Origin: Candidatus Eiseniibacteriota bacterium
Lineage (GTDB): Bacteria > Arandabacterota > Arandabacteria > Arandabacterales > Arandabacteraceae
Reading direction: 5' to 3'
Length of the DNA: 21,891 bases
NCBI GenBank assembly: GCA_043810925.1
Contig: JBDRNT010000124.1
Location: forward strand, 1-21,891
Part shown: positions 7,606 to 15,989 of the stretch, piece by piece
Numbering within the stretch: the stretch's first letter is position 1
How the letters are laid out: every line of letters starts with the position of its first letter
Program-made: the position numbers and the translations under genes
Notes under the pieces: generated by a model
The model's input: only the letters and a program-made list of their open reading frames with translations
The model's database searches: none
Told to the model about the DNA's origin: nothing

Positions 7606-10600
7606 ATGTTCTTATCAGATCTATCGATTAAGAGGCCGGTCCTGATCAGCATGGTGCTGGTGGTGTTCGTGCTTTTTGGAGCCCTCGCGTACTTCAGCCT
7701 GAACCTCAATCTGGTGCCTGAGGCTGAATTCCCATTTATCACGGTTCAGACCATATATCCCGGTGCCGGACCCCGGGAAATCGAGACCCAGGTGAGCAAG
7801 CGTATAGAAGATGCGGTCTCCACGATCAGCAAGATTCAGGAGATTGTGTCCTACTCGATGGAGGGAGTGTCGTACGTCACCATCATGTTCGACCTCGGCA
7901 AGGACATCGATATCGCCAACCAGGAGGTAAAGGATAAGGTCGACGGCATCTTGAGCTTCCTGCCGGATAACAGCGAGCCGCCCATCATCCAGAAATTCGA
8001 TATCGGTGCCATGCCCATCCTGGATATCGTGCTGGCCGGAAACCTGGAGCCGACGGATCTCTATGATATTGCCGACAAGCGACTCCGGGACCGCTTCAGC
8101 CAGATCGAGGGTGTGGCCAGGGTGGATATCACGGGGGGCGAGGAGCGGGAAATCCGCATCGAGTTCGAGAACCGGATCGTCTTCCAGAACTCGATCTCAC
8201 TGGTGCAGCTGGCCGGCCTGCTCCAGGCGCAGAACCTCGACATGCCCGGCGGCCACTTCGCACAGCGTGACCAGGAGTACTCAGTCCGTCTGAAGGGTGA
8301 AGTCGGGGATATTCGGACAATCGGCGCCCTCAAAGTCCCCACGGAGTATGGACCCAAGCGGGTGGCCGACATAGCGACCATATATGATACCGGTGCCGAG
8401 GTCAGGACACGCACTTCCTATTTCGACAACGTCTCACAGGAGAGGAAGGACAATGTGATTCTCCTCAGCCTGGTGAGAAGCTCCGACGGCAACACCGCAC
8501 GCATAGCCCGGGCTGTGAAGCAAGCATTGCCGGAGATGGAAAGCGAGCTCCCGGCCGGCAGCAGTCTGGTACTTGTCGGCGACGCCTCCCGCGTGATCGA
8601 GGGATCCGTCAACGATACCCTGACCAACATCTTACTGGGTGTGGCCCTTACCGGGCTGGTCCTGCTGTTCTTCCTCCATGACGTGCGCTCGACAGTCATC
8701 GTGGCACTCTCGATGCCCATGTCGATCCTCTCGACTTTTCTTCTCATGCAGATCTCAGGCTTTACTCTGAATCTCTTTACCCTGATGGGAATCTCAACTG
8801 CGGTCGGTATCCTTGTCACCAACTCCGTCGTGGTGCTTGAGAACATCTTCAGGCACAAGCAGATGGGTCATGGCCGGGAGGAGTCCGCTTCAAAGGGGAC
8901 GGCTGAGATCGCCGTGGCGGTGATTGCCTCCACAATGACCAATATAGTTGTTTTTCTTCCCATCGCCTTTATGACCAGCATGATAGGCATGTTCTTCAGG
9001 GAGTTCGCACTCACCGTGGTGTTTGCGACCCTCTTTTCCCTCCTCATGTCATTCACGCTCACACCCATGATGGCATCGCTCATCCTGAAGGAGGGCAGTG
9101 CAAAGAAGAACCGCATAGGAACCGTGCTCGAAGGCTTATTCAGCCGCCTCGAGGCGAGCTACCGGGACGCACTGTCATACGTGATCGGCAATAAGAAGCA
9201 TAGCGCCCTGGTCGTCGGGGCTGCGGTCGCTATGTTCATCGCAAGTTTGGGGCTTGCCTCGAAGGTCAGTTTCGAGTTTGTCCCTACAATGGACGAGGGG
9301 GACATAAAGATCGAGGTGGAGATTCCACTCGGGGCCAGCCTGGATGAGACGGCCAAGCTCCTTGAGGAAGTAGAGAACCGGGTGCGTGAACACCCGGAGG
9401 TCAAGCATTTGATCACCACGGTCGGCAAGTTGTCCGACCTGGACATAGGAACGAACATGGCCCGTATGGACATCAAACTTGTGGATGCCGGCGAGCGGGA
9501 TATCTCCACAGACGGAGTGGTCGGAATTGTCATACGGGACCTGTCAGACATTCCCAATGCGCTGATCAGGGTAGCTGCACTCAGCTCGATCGGTGGTGGA
9601 GGGGGTGCTCCTGTCACCTTCAATCTCATGGGCCAGAATGTCGACACCCTGGAGGTCTACCGGCAGGAGGTGTTGCGGCGAATCAGGGACGTTGACGGGC
9701 TGGTCAACATCAACACGAGCTCAAGGCCCGGCAAGCCCGAGATCACGCTTACGCCGGACTGTGAGAAGCTCGCTGCGGCCGGCCTCAGGGTTTACGACCT
9801 CGCCATGGCGTTAAGGGGTGCGATCGAAGGTCTGGTTGCGACCTCCTACAGGGATCAGGGCGAGGAATACGATATTCGGGTTGCTATGACCGATCAGTCG
9901 GTGGACACGCCGGGAGAGGTGGGGAACATCTCCGTGGTAGGGCCGGAAGGTACGTACCGGCTCTCCCAGCTGGCGGACATCGAGTTTACGGAAGGCTACA
10001 GCAGGATACTCCGTATGGACAAGTACAAACTGGTTGAATTCGGCGGCGACATCGCTCCCGGCTATGTGTTGGGCGACGTCACGGGCGAGATCGATCGCAG
10101 GCTCGAGGGCTTGACGATGCCGACCGGCTACAAGGTTGAATGGGGAGGGATGGCCGAGCATATGCAGGAGACCACGGCGGATATGCTGCGCACCTTCCTG
10201 CTTGCTCTTGTCCTGACCTACATGTTGCTGGCCGCCATTCTGGAAAGCCTGACCCAGCCGCTTCTGATTCTGGGGACCGTACCCCTCGCGCTGATAGGCG
10301 TTCTTGCAGCGGTCGTGATCACCGGCGTCTCGATGAGCGCGATCTCAATGATGGCCGTTGTGATGCTGCTGGGGATAGTGGTCAATAATGCGATTCTCAT
10401 GCTGGACTATACCAATACGCTTGTGCGCAGGCGGGGGAAGAGCTTGAGGGAAGCTCTGCTCGAAGCCTGCCCCACGAAACTGAAGCCCATCATAATGGCA
10501 TCCAGTGCGATCATACTGGGGATGCTCCCCATGGCGCTCGGAGTCGGTGACTGGGGACGTGAGATCAGGCAACCTATGGGTATCGTGAGCATTGGGGGCG

Positions 10601-10698
10601 TGGTCGTCTCGACGATCCTCACGCTCTTCGTGATTCCCGCCCTTCACTATCTGACGTCGAGGCGGAAGAGGTCGCAACATGACGTGGCCGGAGACTGA
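7606..10698 (+). CDS. RND efflux permease (AcrB/AcrD/AcrF family)
   Basis: 1030 aa, SIKRPV start, TIYPGAGPREIETQV, FVPTMDEG, PMALG.G...RQPMG, STILTLFVIP. Two hydrophobic TM bundles separated by large loops. Confidence 0.95.
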   Translation: MFLSDLSIKRPVLISMVLVVFVLFGALAYFSLNLNLVPEAEFPFITVQTIYPGAGPREIETQVSKRIEDAVSTISKIQEIVSYSMEGVSYVTIMFDLGKDIDIANQEVKDKVDGILSFLPDNSEPPIIQKFDIGAMPILDIVLAGNLEPTDLYDIADKRLRDRFSQIEGVARVDITGGEEREIRIEFENRIVFQNSISLVQLAGLLQAQNLDMPGGHFAQRDQEYSVRLKGEVGDIRTIGALKVPTEYGPKRVADIATIYDTGAEVRTRTSYFDNVSQERKDNVILLSLVRSSDGNTARIARAVKQALPEMESELPAGSSLVLVGDASRVIEGSVNDTLTNILLGVALTGLVLLFFLHDVRSTVIVALSMPMSILSTFLLMQISGFTLNLFTLMGISTAVGILVTNSVVVLENIFRHKQMGHGREESASKGTAEIAVAVIASTMTNIVVFLPIAFMTSMIGMFFREFALTVVFATLFSLLMSFTLTPMMASLILKEGSAKKNRIGTVLEGLFSRLEASYRDALSYVIGNKKHSALVVGAAVAMFIASLGLASKVSFEFVPTMDEGDIKIEVEIPLGASLDETAKLLEEVENRVREHPEVKHLITTVGKLSDLDIGTNMARMDIKLVDAGERDISTDGVVGIVIRDLSDIPNALIRVAALSSIGGGGGAPVTFNLMGQNVDTLEVYRQEVLRRIRDVDGLVNINTSSRPGKPEITLTPDCEKLAAAGLRVYDLAMALRGAIEGLVATSYRDQGEEYDIRVAMTDQSVDTPGEVGNISVVGPEGTYRLSQLADIEFTEGYSRILRMDKYKLVEFGGDIAPGYVLGDVTGEIDRRLEGLTMPTGYKVEWGGMAEHMQETTADMLRTFLLALVLTYMLLAAILESLTQPLLILGTVPLALIGVLAAVVITGVSMSAISMMAVVMLLGIVVNNAILMLDYTNTLVRRRGKSLREALLEACPTKLKPIIMASSAIILGMLPMALGVGDWGREIRQPMGIVSIGGVVVSTILTLFVIPALHYLTSRRKRSQHDVAGD

Positions 10699-10751
10699 CG
10701 ACTTGAGTTATAGGAACATGCATCTGTAGGGCCAATACCGGAGGCTTGAGA

Positions 10752-12077
10752 ATGAAGCGGATCATCCTAGTTACCGTCGGCATGCTGCTGGTCTTTGGTC
10801 AGGCCAGAGCGAAGGAAACCATCGATCTGGACCGATACTTGTCTCTTGTTGTCGCGAACAGCAGGGCCCTGAAGCTGGCCGGCAGGGAAAGAGCCATGGC
10901 CGAAGCCAAGAAGAAGGAAGCCACGTCGGGGGCGCTTCCCCACATCTTCGCCGAAGCCGGATACGTGCGCAACTTCACCGACACCTATATGTTTGTGGAC
11001 CAAGGAGCTTTGAGTAGTGGAGAGAGTGGTGGGGGGGGCGATCTCCGGTTCAAGATCACCCGGTCCAATGAGTTCAGCGCAAGTGCGGTCCTGAACCAGG
11101 CGATCTTCAATCCTGCCGTTATATATGCCATCAAGGGTGCGAAGCAATATGAACAGATTACGGACTTTGTCTATGACTCGAGTCACCAGATGATCATAAC
11201 GCAGGCCAAGTGTCTCTTCTACCAGGCGGCCCTGATGGAAAAGGTCTGTGAGGTCCGGATCTCCACTGAAGACAGTGCGCATGACAACTACCTCAACATG
11301 AAGAGTAAGTTCGACGCGGGAGTGGTCTCGGAGTTCCAGCTCCTGCAGGCAGAGGTGCGTTGGAAGAACGCCGTCCCCGACACGGCCAAGGCCAGACGGG
11401 ATTATGATCTTGTCCTGAATAACCTGAAGACTTTGGCGGGCATACCGGTCCCGGACAAGATCAGCCTTGTTGTCTCGATGGACGAGTATCCTGAACTGCC
11501 GAACAGGCTGGATCTGGAGGCGGTGCTGGCACGCCGGCCCGACTACAATACGCTGATCATGGAGGAGAAGCTGAATGAGACCAACATCAAGGCTAATCGC
11601 TCCGCCTACTACCCCACCCTGAACGGCAGCCTGATCGGGGCGTTCAGCTCACAATCGGACGAGTGGCGGTTCGACCAGGAGAACACGATCTGGAGCGGCA
11701 CCCTGAGCCTGTCCATTCCGATCTTCCTGGGCGGTTCCACTCGTGCCCGGGTGCAGCAGGCAAGGATCGGTCTGGAGAGGAGCCGGATAAGGATCGAACA
11801 GGCGCGAGATGATATCTATAATGAGCTTGCCAACATCCACCTGTGGCTTGAGGAAGCCCATGGGCGCATAGCGTCCGCCGAGGTCACCCTCGCCAGTGCC
11901 GAAAGGGCTTTCAGTATTGCCGAGACAACCGCGAGGAGCGGCCTCACAACCCAGCTCGAGCTCAAAGACACCCGGCTGGACCTTGATGAGGCAAGGCTGA
12001 ACCGCAACCTGGCTATATTTGACTACCTCGTAGCCTACTTCGAATGGGAACGGGCCACCGGCGAGAGGGACCTCTGA
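10752..12077 (+). CDS. TolC-family outer membrane factor
   Basis: Signal peptide ending ARA, KFDAGVVSEFQLLQAEV, AYYPTL, LSIPIFLGG, SGLTTQLEL. ATG 10752 lies 7 nt after GGAGG. Confidence 0.92.
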   Translation: MKRIILVTVGMLLVFGQARAKETIDLDRYLSLVVANSRALKLAGRERAMAEAKKKEATSGALPHIFAEAGYVRNFTDTYMFVDQGALSSGESGGGGDLRFKITRSNEFSASAVLNQAIFNPAVIYAIKGAKQYEQITDFVYDSSHQMIITQAKCLFYQAALMEKVCEVRISTEDSAHDNYLNMKSKFDAGVVSEFQLLQAEVRWKNAVPDTAKARRDYDLVLNNLKTLAGIPVPDKISLVVSMDEYPELPNRLDLEAVLARRPDYNTLIMEEKLNETNIKANRSAYYPTLNGSLIGAFSSQSDEWRFDQENTIWSGTLSLSIPIFLGGSTRARVQQARIGLERSRIRIEQARDDIYNELANIHLWLEEAHGRIASAEVTLASAERAFSIAETTARSGLTTQLELKDTRLDLDEARLNRNLAIFDYLVAYFEWERATGERDL

Positions 12078-12320
12078 AAACTGTAAAGGCAGAGCGAGGG
12101 GCCGATGATCTGTAGCTCATGAAGCCAGTGACGGGCGAGGCAAGTCTGGTGGCGCGGGAGGAGGCGACTCACGCCACCCGTGGATTCTTCATCACTCTGA
12201 GGTCGCCCAAGCCACGGCAGCCTTGCTCTTCGGGCTTCCCCCGGGACATTCCAATCTACAACTGCGGGTGTATTGTCCGAAGTTCCCTTAAGGATCCCCG
12301 AATCATATTTAGAACACTAA

Positions 12321-12337
12321 TGTGTCGCTCGGACACA
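12321..12337. promoter_or_regulatory. Candidate enhancer (UAS) palindrome TGTGTC-N5-GACACA
   Basis: Perfect 6-5-6 palindrome about 140 bp upstream of a -24/-12 promoter. Confidence 0.5.
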
Positions 12338-12476
12338 CGAAACGGTTGGGCCGGGCAATACTGCTAGCATATTCCCTATATGAAGAAAGTTCGCATCCCG
12401 TCCTAACATCTTTATCTATAGCCGGTTAGCGCGGGATGCGGCCCGCCTCCGGACAAGCCTCCGTCGGGGTCTTCGA

Positions 12477-12492
12477 TGGCACAGCCTATGCA
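12477..12492 (+). promoter_or_regulatory. Sigma54 (-24/-12) promoter
   Basis: TGGCAC-AGCCT-ATGCA with GG-N10-GC spacing. Followed by RBS GGAGG (12517-12521) and ATG 12528. Confidence 0.75.
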
Positions 12493-12527
12493 AGTAAGGG
12501 TAGACGTGCATTAGATGGAGGTTGACC

Positions 12528-13283
12528 ATGAAGCGAATGTGGATGACAGCAGCGGCGGCGGTGACGGTCGGCTCCATGGTACCTGTCATGGTTTTCGGGA
12601 CGGTTCCTCACGAAGCCGGAGCCCAACCGCTTCTAATAGATGGTGAGCGACTCAAGTTTGAAATCCTCTACGGTTCCATTCCTGCCGGGCATGCTTGGCT
12701 CGAAGTCACGGGCGAGACCGGTGACGACGGCGAGGTCTTCCGCATTACATCGACTGCACTGTCCAACGATGTCATATCTATCTTCTTCAGGGTTGAGGAC
12801 CGGATTGAATCGGTGGTTGATGCTGCTACGTTTGAGCCAAGGTATTTCGAGAAACGTCTTAAGGAGGGACCGTTCCGGAAGCATGAACAAGTCTACTATG
12901 GTGACGGCGTGGTGCGATCGGGTGACGGGGCGGTTGAGGTAGAGCCAGGCACGATGGACATTCTCTCGGCGCTTTACTATGTAAGGGGCCAGGACCTCCG
13001 TGTCGGTGAGGACGTAAGCGTAAGCACCTTCGACGGCGGGACGTGTTATAACGCCCGGGTCAAGGTGTTGAGGAAGGAGACGGTCCGGACCGGCAATCGC
13101 AGCTACGACTGCGTGGTCATAGAGCCCGAGCTCGTTGATGGGCCGTTTGCCAGGACGGGTAGGATCCTCATATGGCTGACCGATGACGCCTTGAGGCTCC
13201 CTGTATTGATGAAGAGCAAGGTCAAGATAGGCAGTTTCGTGGCGCGGCTGGTGGGCTCCACGCATACTGGAGGTGCATCATGA
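12528..13283 (+). CDS. Exported DUF3108-like protein
   Basis: Signal-like N-terminus, GERLKFEILYG.IPAG.A.L, FFRVEDRIES, DILSALYYVR, IWLTDDALRLPVLMKSKVKIGS. Confidence 0.8.
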   Translation: MKRMWMTAAAAVTVGSMVPVMVFGTVPHEAGAQPLLIDGERLKFEILYGSIPAGHAWLEVTGETGDDGEVFRITSTALSNDVISIFFRVEDRIESVVDAATFEPRYFEKRLKEGPFRKHEQVYYGDGVVRSGDGAVEVEPGTMDILSALYYVRGQDLRVGEDVSVSTFDGGTCYNARVKVLRKETVRTGNRSYDCVVIEPELVDGPFARTGRILIWLTDDALRLPVLMKSKVKIGSFVARLVGSTHTGGAS

Positions 13284-14107
13284 GAAAACTCTGGGTCTGT
13301 CTCGGGTTGCTGGCAATGGTGGTTTATGTGGGCGGTTGCGAGACGTGCGACACGTGCTATGACAACTGCCGTGATGAATGCTACGACGACCAGCCACCGG
13401 CCGTTCCGACGGGTGTGGCATCTATAACCGGTGACAACTATGTGGTCGTTTACTGGGATCCCGTCGTTGAGGATGACCTGGCCGGCTATGGTGTGTATCG
13501 CTCACGCTATGACCTCGGACCGTACCACAGGATCGGGGATGTGAGCTGGGATGAGGAGACCGAGTTCTGGGACTATGACGTGACCAACGGTCTTACCTAT
13601 TTCTATGCAGTCGATACCTATGATTTTAACGGCAACGAAAGTGTCTTAAGTTACGAGATGGTGGACGATACGCCTAGACCCGAGGGCTGGGGCCTCCAGC
13701 TCTTTACGACGGCCTTCGATGCCGATGAATCGGCAATTGCGATAAAGCCCGAAGAGGGATATGACACGATCATCCTCCTCAACTACCAGGATGCGTGGGC
13801 CCAGTACTACCTCGCGGTCGACGGCGAGGGTCTCTTAAGATTCGTCCCCAAGAACGGCAACCAGATTCAGGACTACGGCTATACCGGCAATCCCGATGTG
13901 GTAGACGAGGCCCCCATCGACGGGTGGTCACATTCGGCCACGGGCGTCGAGGTGATCGAAGGCCACACCTATGTCTTGAGGACCACGTCGGGCTACTACG
14001 GCAAAATACATGTGGATACCGAGGGACCCAACTGGGTCATGGTTTACTGGGCTTTCCAGGGCAAGCGCTGGTCAACGGAGCTTGCGCCTCAAGGCCGAGG
14101 CGCGTGA
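13280..14107 (+). CDS. Lipoprotein with fibronectin type III-like domain and Cys-rich N-terminal linker
   Basis: Lipobox VGGC, FN3-like PPAVPTGV...VYWDP...DLAGYGVYRS...YFYAVDTYDFNGNES. ATGA overlap with the upstream gene and RBS GGAGGTG. Confidence 0.8.
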   Translation: MRKLWVCLGLLAMVVYVGGCETCDTCYDNCRDECYDDQPPAVPTGVASITGDNYVVVYWDPVVEDDLAGYGVYRSRYDLGPYHRIGDVSWDEETEFWDYDVTNGLTYFYAVDTYDFNGNESVLSYEMVDDTPRPEGWGLQLFTTAFDADESAIAIKPEEGYDTIILLNYQDAWAQYYLAVDGEGLLRFVPKNGNQIQDYGYTGNPDVVDEAPIDGWSHSATGVEVIEGHTYVLRTTSGYYGKIHVDTEGPNWVMVYWAFQGKRWSTELAPQGRGA

Positions 14108-14128
14108 CTCTATTAGGGGGTGAAGACG

Positions 14129-15442
14129 ATGGCTAGAAAGTGGCTGATGCTGGGGGTGGCGGTTGCGGTCATCATGTCCTGGTCAGGCGTCCGGGCGGGT
14201 ATAACCGGAGGCTCTCCGAGTGTCAAGATCTGGACGGACAAGGGTGATGCCAGCGTCTACAGGCATGGTGAGGACGTGGAGGTGTTCGTGCGCGCGGACA
14301 CCGACTGCTATGTGATCGTCTATGAGATCGATACCGACGGTTATCTGCGGGTTCTCTATCCGTATGACTGTGAGGATGACGGTTACATGAGCGGCGGCAG
14401 GATCTACAGAATCGGCCGAGGGGGTCACAGCCGCTACTATGTTACCGGTCCGAGCGGTGTCGAATACGTCCATGTGGTCTCATCATTTAAGCCCTTCAGG
14501 CAGCTCTACTGGCATGGCTGTAACGGCTATGAGAACTACGCGTACGATCTCACATGGCGCGGGTTCAGCGACTACTGGGGATGTGCGCTGCCCCCCAGGG
14601 TGTACGGCGATCCCTTTATGGCGATGCAGTCGATCGATGAGTTCATTTGTCTGGACGGACTCGAGACCGGTATGGTCTGGGCCGATTTCACATACTTCTA
14701 CGTGGATGAGCGGGTTCAGTATCCGCGCTATGTATGCTATGACTGTCACGGGTTTCATCCGAGCTTACGACCGTACCATCATGTGTGCAGCGGATTTTCG
14801 ATAACCTTCATCGACTGCGATCCGTGCTACAGGCCGTGTTCGTGGTGGTGGTGGTGCTCGCCGAAGCGGGTCTACTGCGGTCCGAGATATGTCTGCAATC
14901 GGAAGACCTCATGCGGCGGTGATTACCCGAGCCAGTACAAATGGAAGTCGCGGACCGAGACGGTTGACTCAAGAGAAACCTTAAGTTCACGCCAGCCCGT
15001 CAAGTTTAAGGACGGCGATGTCATTGACGGAGTGCGTGTGAAGGCGAGGGAGGCCAACCGGGACTTCGATCTTTACTCACGAGCCGGTGACAGGACTCCC
15101 GTGAGGTATAAGGGTGAGGTCGAGGATAACGAGGCCAGGGTGCGAAAGGCGATTACCGATAAGCCCGAAGGCCGAACCAAAGTCCACGAACGCGAGGGCG
15201 AGTCCGTCAAGGTGCGCAAGGTCGAGAAGAGCCTGCCCAAGGTGCGCAAGGTGGAGGCTAAGCCGGCCAGGGTGGAGAAGGTGGAAGAGCCGCGGCGTAA
15301 GCCTGAGAAGGCGCCGAAGACCGAGGCTAAGCAGGTCAAGATCAAGAACTCGAACAGATCGACGAAGAAACAGGTCGCACCCAAGGTGCAGACCAAGAAC
15401 CAGGGGAGATCACCAGCAACAAGGAGGCGTATATCGAAGTGA
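14129..15442 (+). CDS. Exported DUF4384-like protein with Cys/aromatic-rich middle and basic low-complexity tail
   Basis: Signal peptide ending VRA, VKIWTDKG...YRHGEDVEVFVRADTDCYVIVYEIDTDGYLRVLYP, CYDCH, K/R-rich C-terminus. ATG 14129 follows GGGGGTG; GTG 14120 is an alternative start. Confidence 0.75.
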   Translation: MARKWLMLGVAVAVIMSWSGVRAGITGGSPSVKIWTDKGDASVYRHGEDVEVFVRADTDCYVIVYEIDTDGYLRVLYPYDCEDDGYMSGGRIYRIGRGGHSRYYVTGPSGVEYVHVVSSFKPFRQLYWHGCNGYENYAYDLTWRGFSDYWGCALPPRVYGDPFMAMQSIDEFICLDGLETGMVWADFTYFYVDERVQYPRYVCYDCHGFHPSLRPYHHVCSGFSITFIDCDPCYRPCSWWWWCSPKRVYCGPRYVCNRKTSCGGDYPSQYKWKSRTETVDSRETLSSRQPVKFKDGDVIDGVRVKAREANRDFDLYSRAGDRTPVRYKGEVEDNEARVRKAITDKPEGRTKVHEREGESVKVRKVEKSLPKVRKVEAKPARVEKVEEPRRKPEKAPKTEAKQVKIKNSNRSTKKQVAPKVQTKNQGRSPATRRRISK

Positions 15443-15508
15443 CGAATTAGACTTCAGGGGATTGGCGCTGCTTCATCCAGACGGGCGCTTTTGGTGGCCT
15501 GTCAAAAG

Positions 15509-15563
15509 CACCGGCTCGGGGCGACCGAACAGGGGCGGGACCCCCGAGCCCGGTGTCTTTTTT
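15509..15563 (+). terminator. Probable intrinsic terminator of the three-gene operon
   Basis: CACCGGCTCGGGG (15509-15521) pairs with CCCCGAGCCCGGTG (15542-15555, one bulge), followed by TCTTTTTT. Confidence 0.7.
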
Positions 15564-15757
15564 GTACACATGTGCAGTCCTTTGCGTATAATTGCGGATA
15601 GATGATACTCTATAAGGTGTCATTAATCCGTATATAGGTAGTTAGTTTCATTAATCTCGAATGCCTGCCTGATAATCCCGGATGGTGATCTGCTACAAAC
15701 TTATTGATATATAGATTTACATAGGTATCATGACTTTATGGAATAGAAGGGTTCGAT

Positions 15758-15777
15758 GTGTGCAACATTTTGCACAC
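15758..15777. promoter_or_regulatory. Palindromic operator GTGTGCAA-CATT-TTGCACAC
   Basis: Perfect 8-4-8 palindrome. The same core recurs at 15955-15972. Confidence 0.75.
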
Positions 15778-15906
15778 CGGCCCGTTTCACATCATAGCTG
15801 CCTCACAGTCGTCATGGATGTCACCACGCCGGGGTCAAGTGATCTCGGATCGGGGTGGGTCACTCTCCACGGTCTAAGATATGTCATTGCCAATCGCTAA
15901 TAATAG

Positions 15907-15935
15907 TTGACAATTACGACCAGAAGGTATACACT
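15907..15935 (+). promoter_or_regulatory. Sigma70-type promoter of the kinase-regulator operon
   Basis: TTGACA (15907-15912), 17 bp, TACACT (15930-15935). Confidence 0.7.
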
Positions 15936-15954
15936 TATCTGTCTGCACGATGTA

Positions 15955-15972
15955 TGTGCAAGGCATTGCACA
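15955..15972. promoter_or_regulatory. Palindromic operator TGTGCAA-GGCA-TTGCACA
   Basis: Perfect 7-4-7 palindrome between the promoter and the kinase start codon. Confidence 0.75.
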
Positions 15973-15989
15973 CGGGAGCGTGGCGCACC

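Noticed and set aside
12119-12367. 82-aa ORF between the TolC and DUF3108-like genes
   Set aside because: No clear RBS or motif, and it overlaps the candidate enhancer.
12401-12431. Integron attC site (TAAC...GTTA)
   Set aside because: Too short, ends do not fit RYYYAAC/GTTRRRY, and there is no integrase or cassette array.
15855-15989. N-terminal extension of the kinase ORF
   Set aside because: It contains the sigma70 promoter and an operator palindrome. ATG 15990 fits better.
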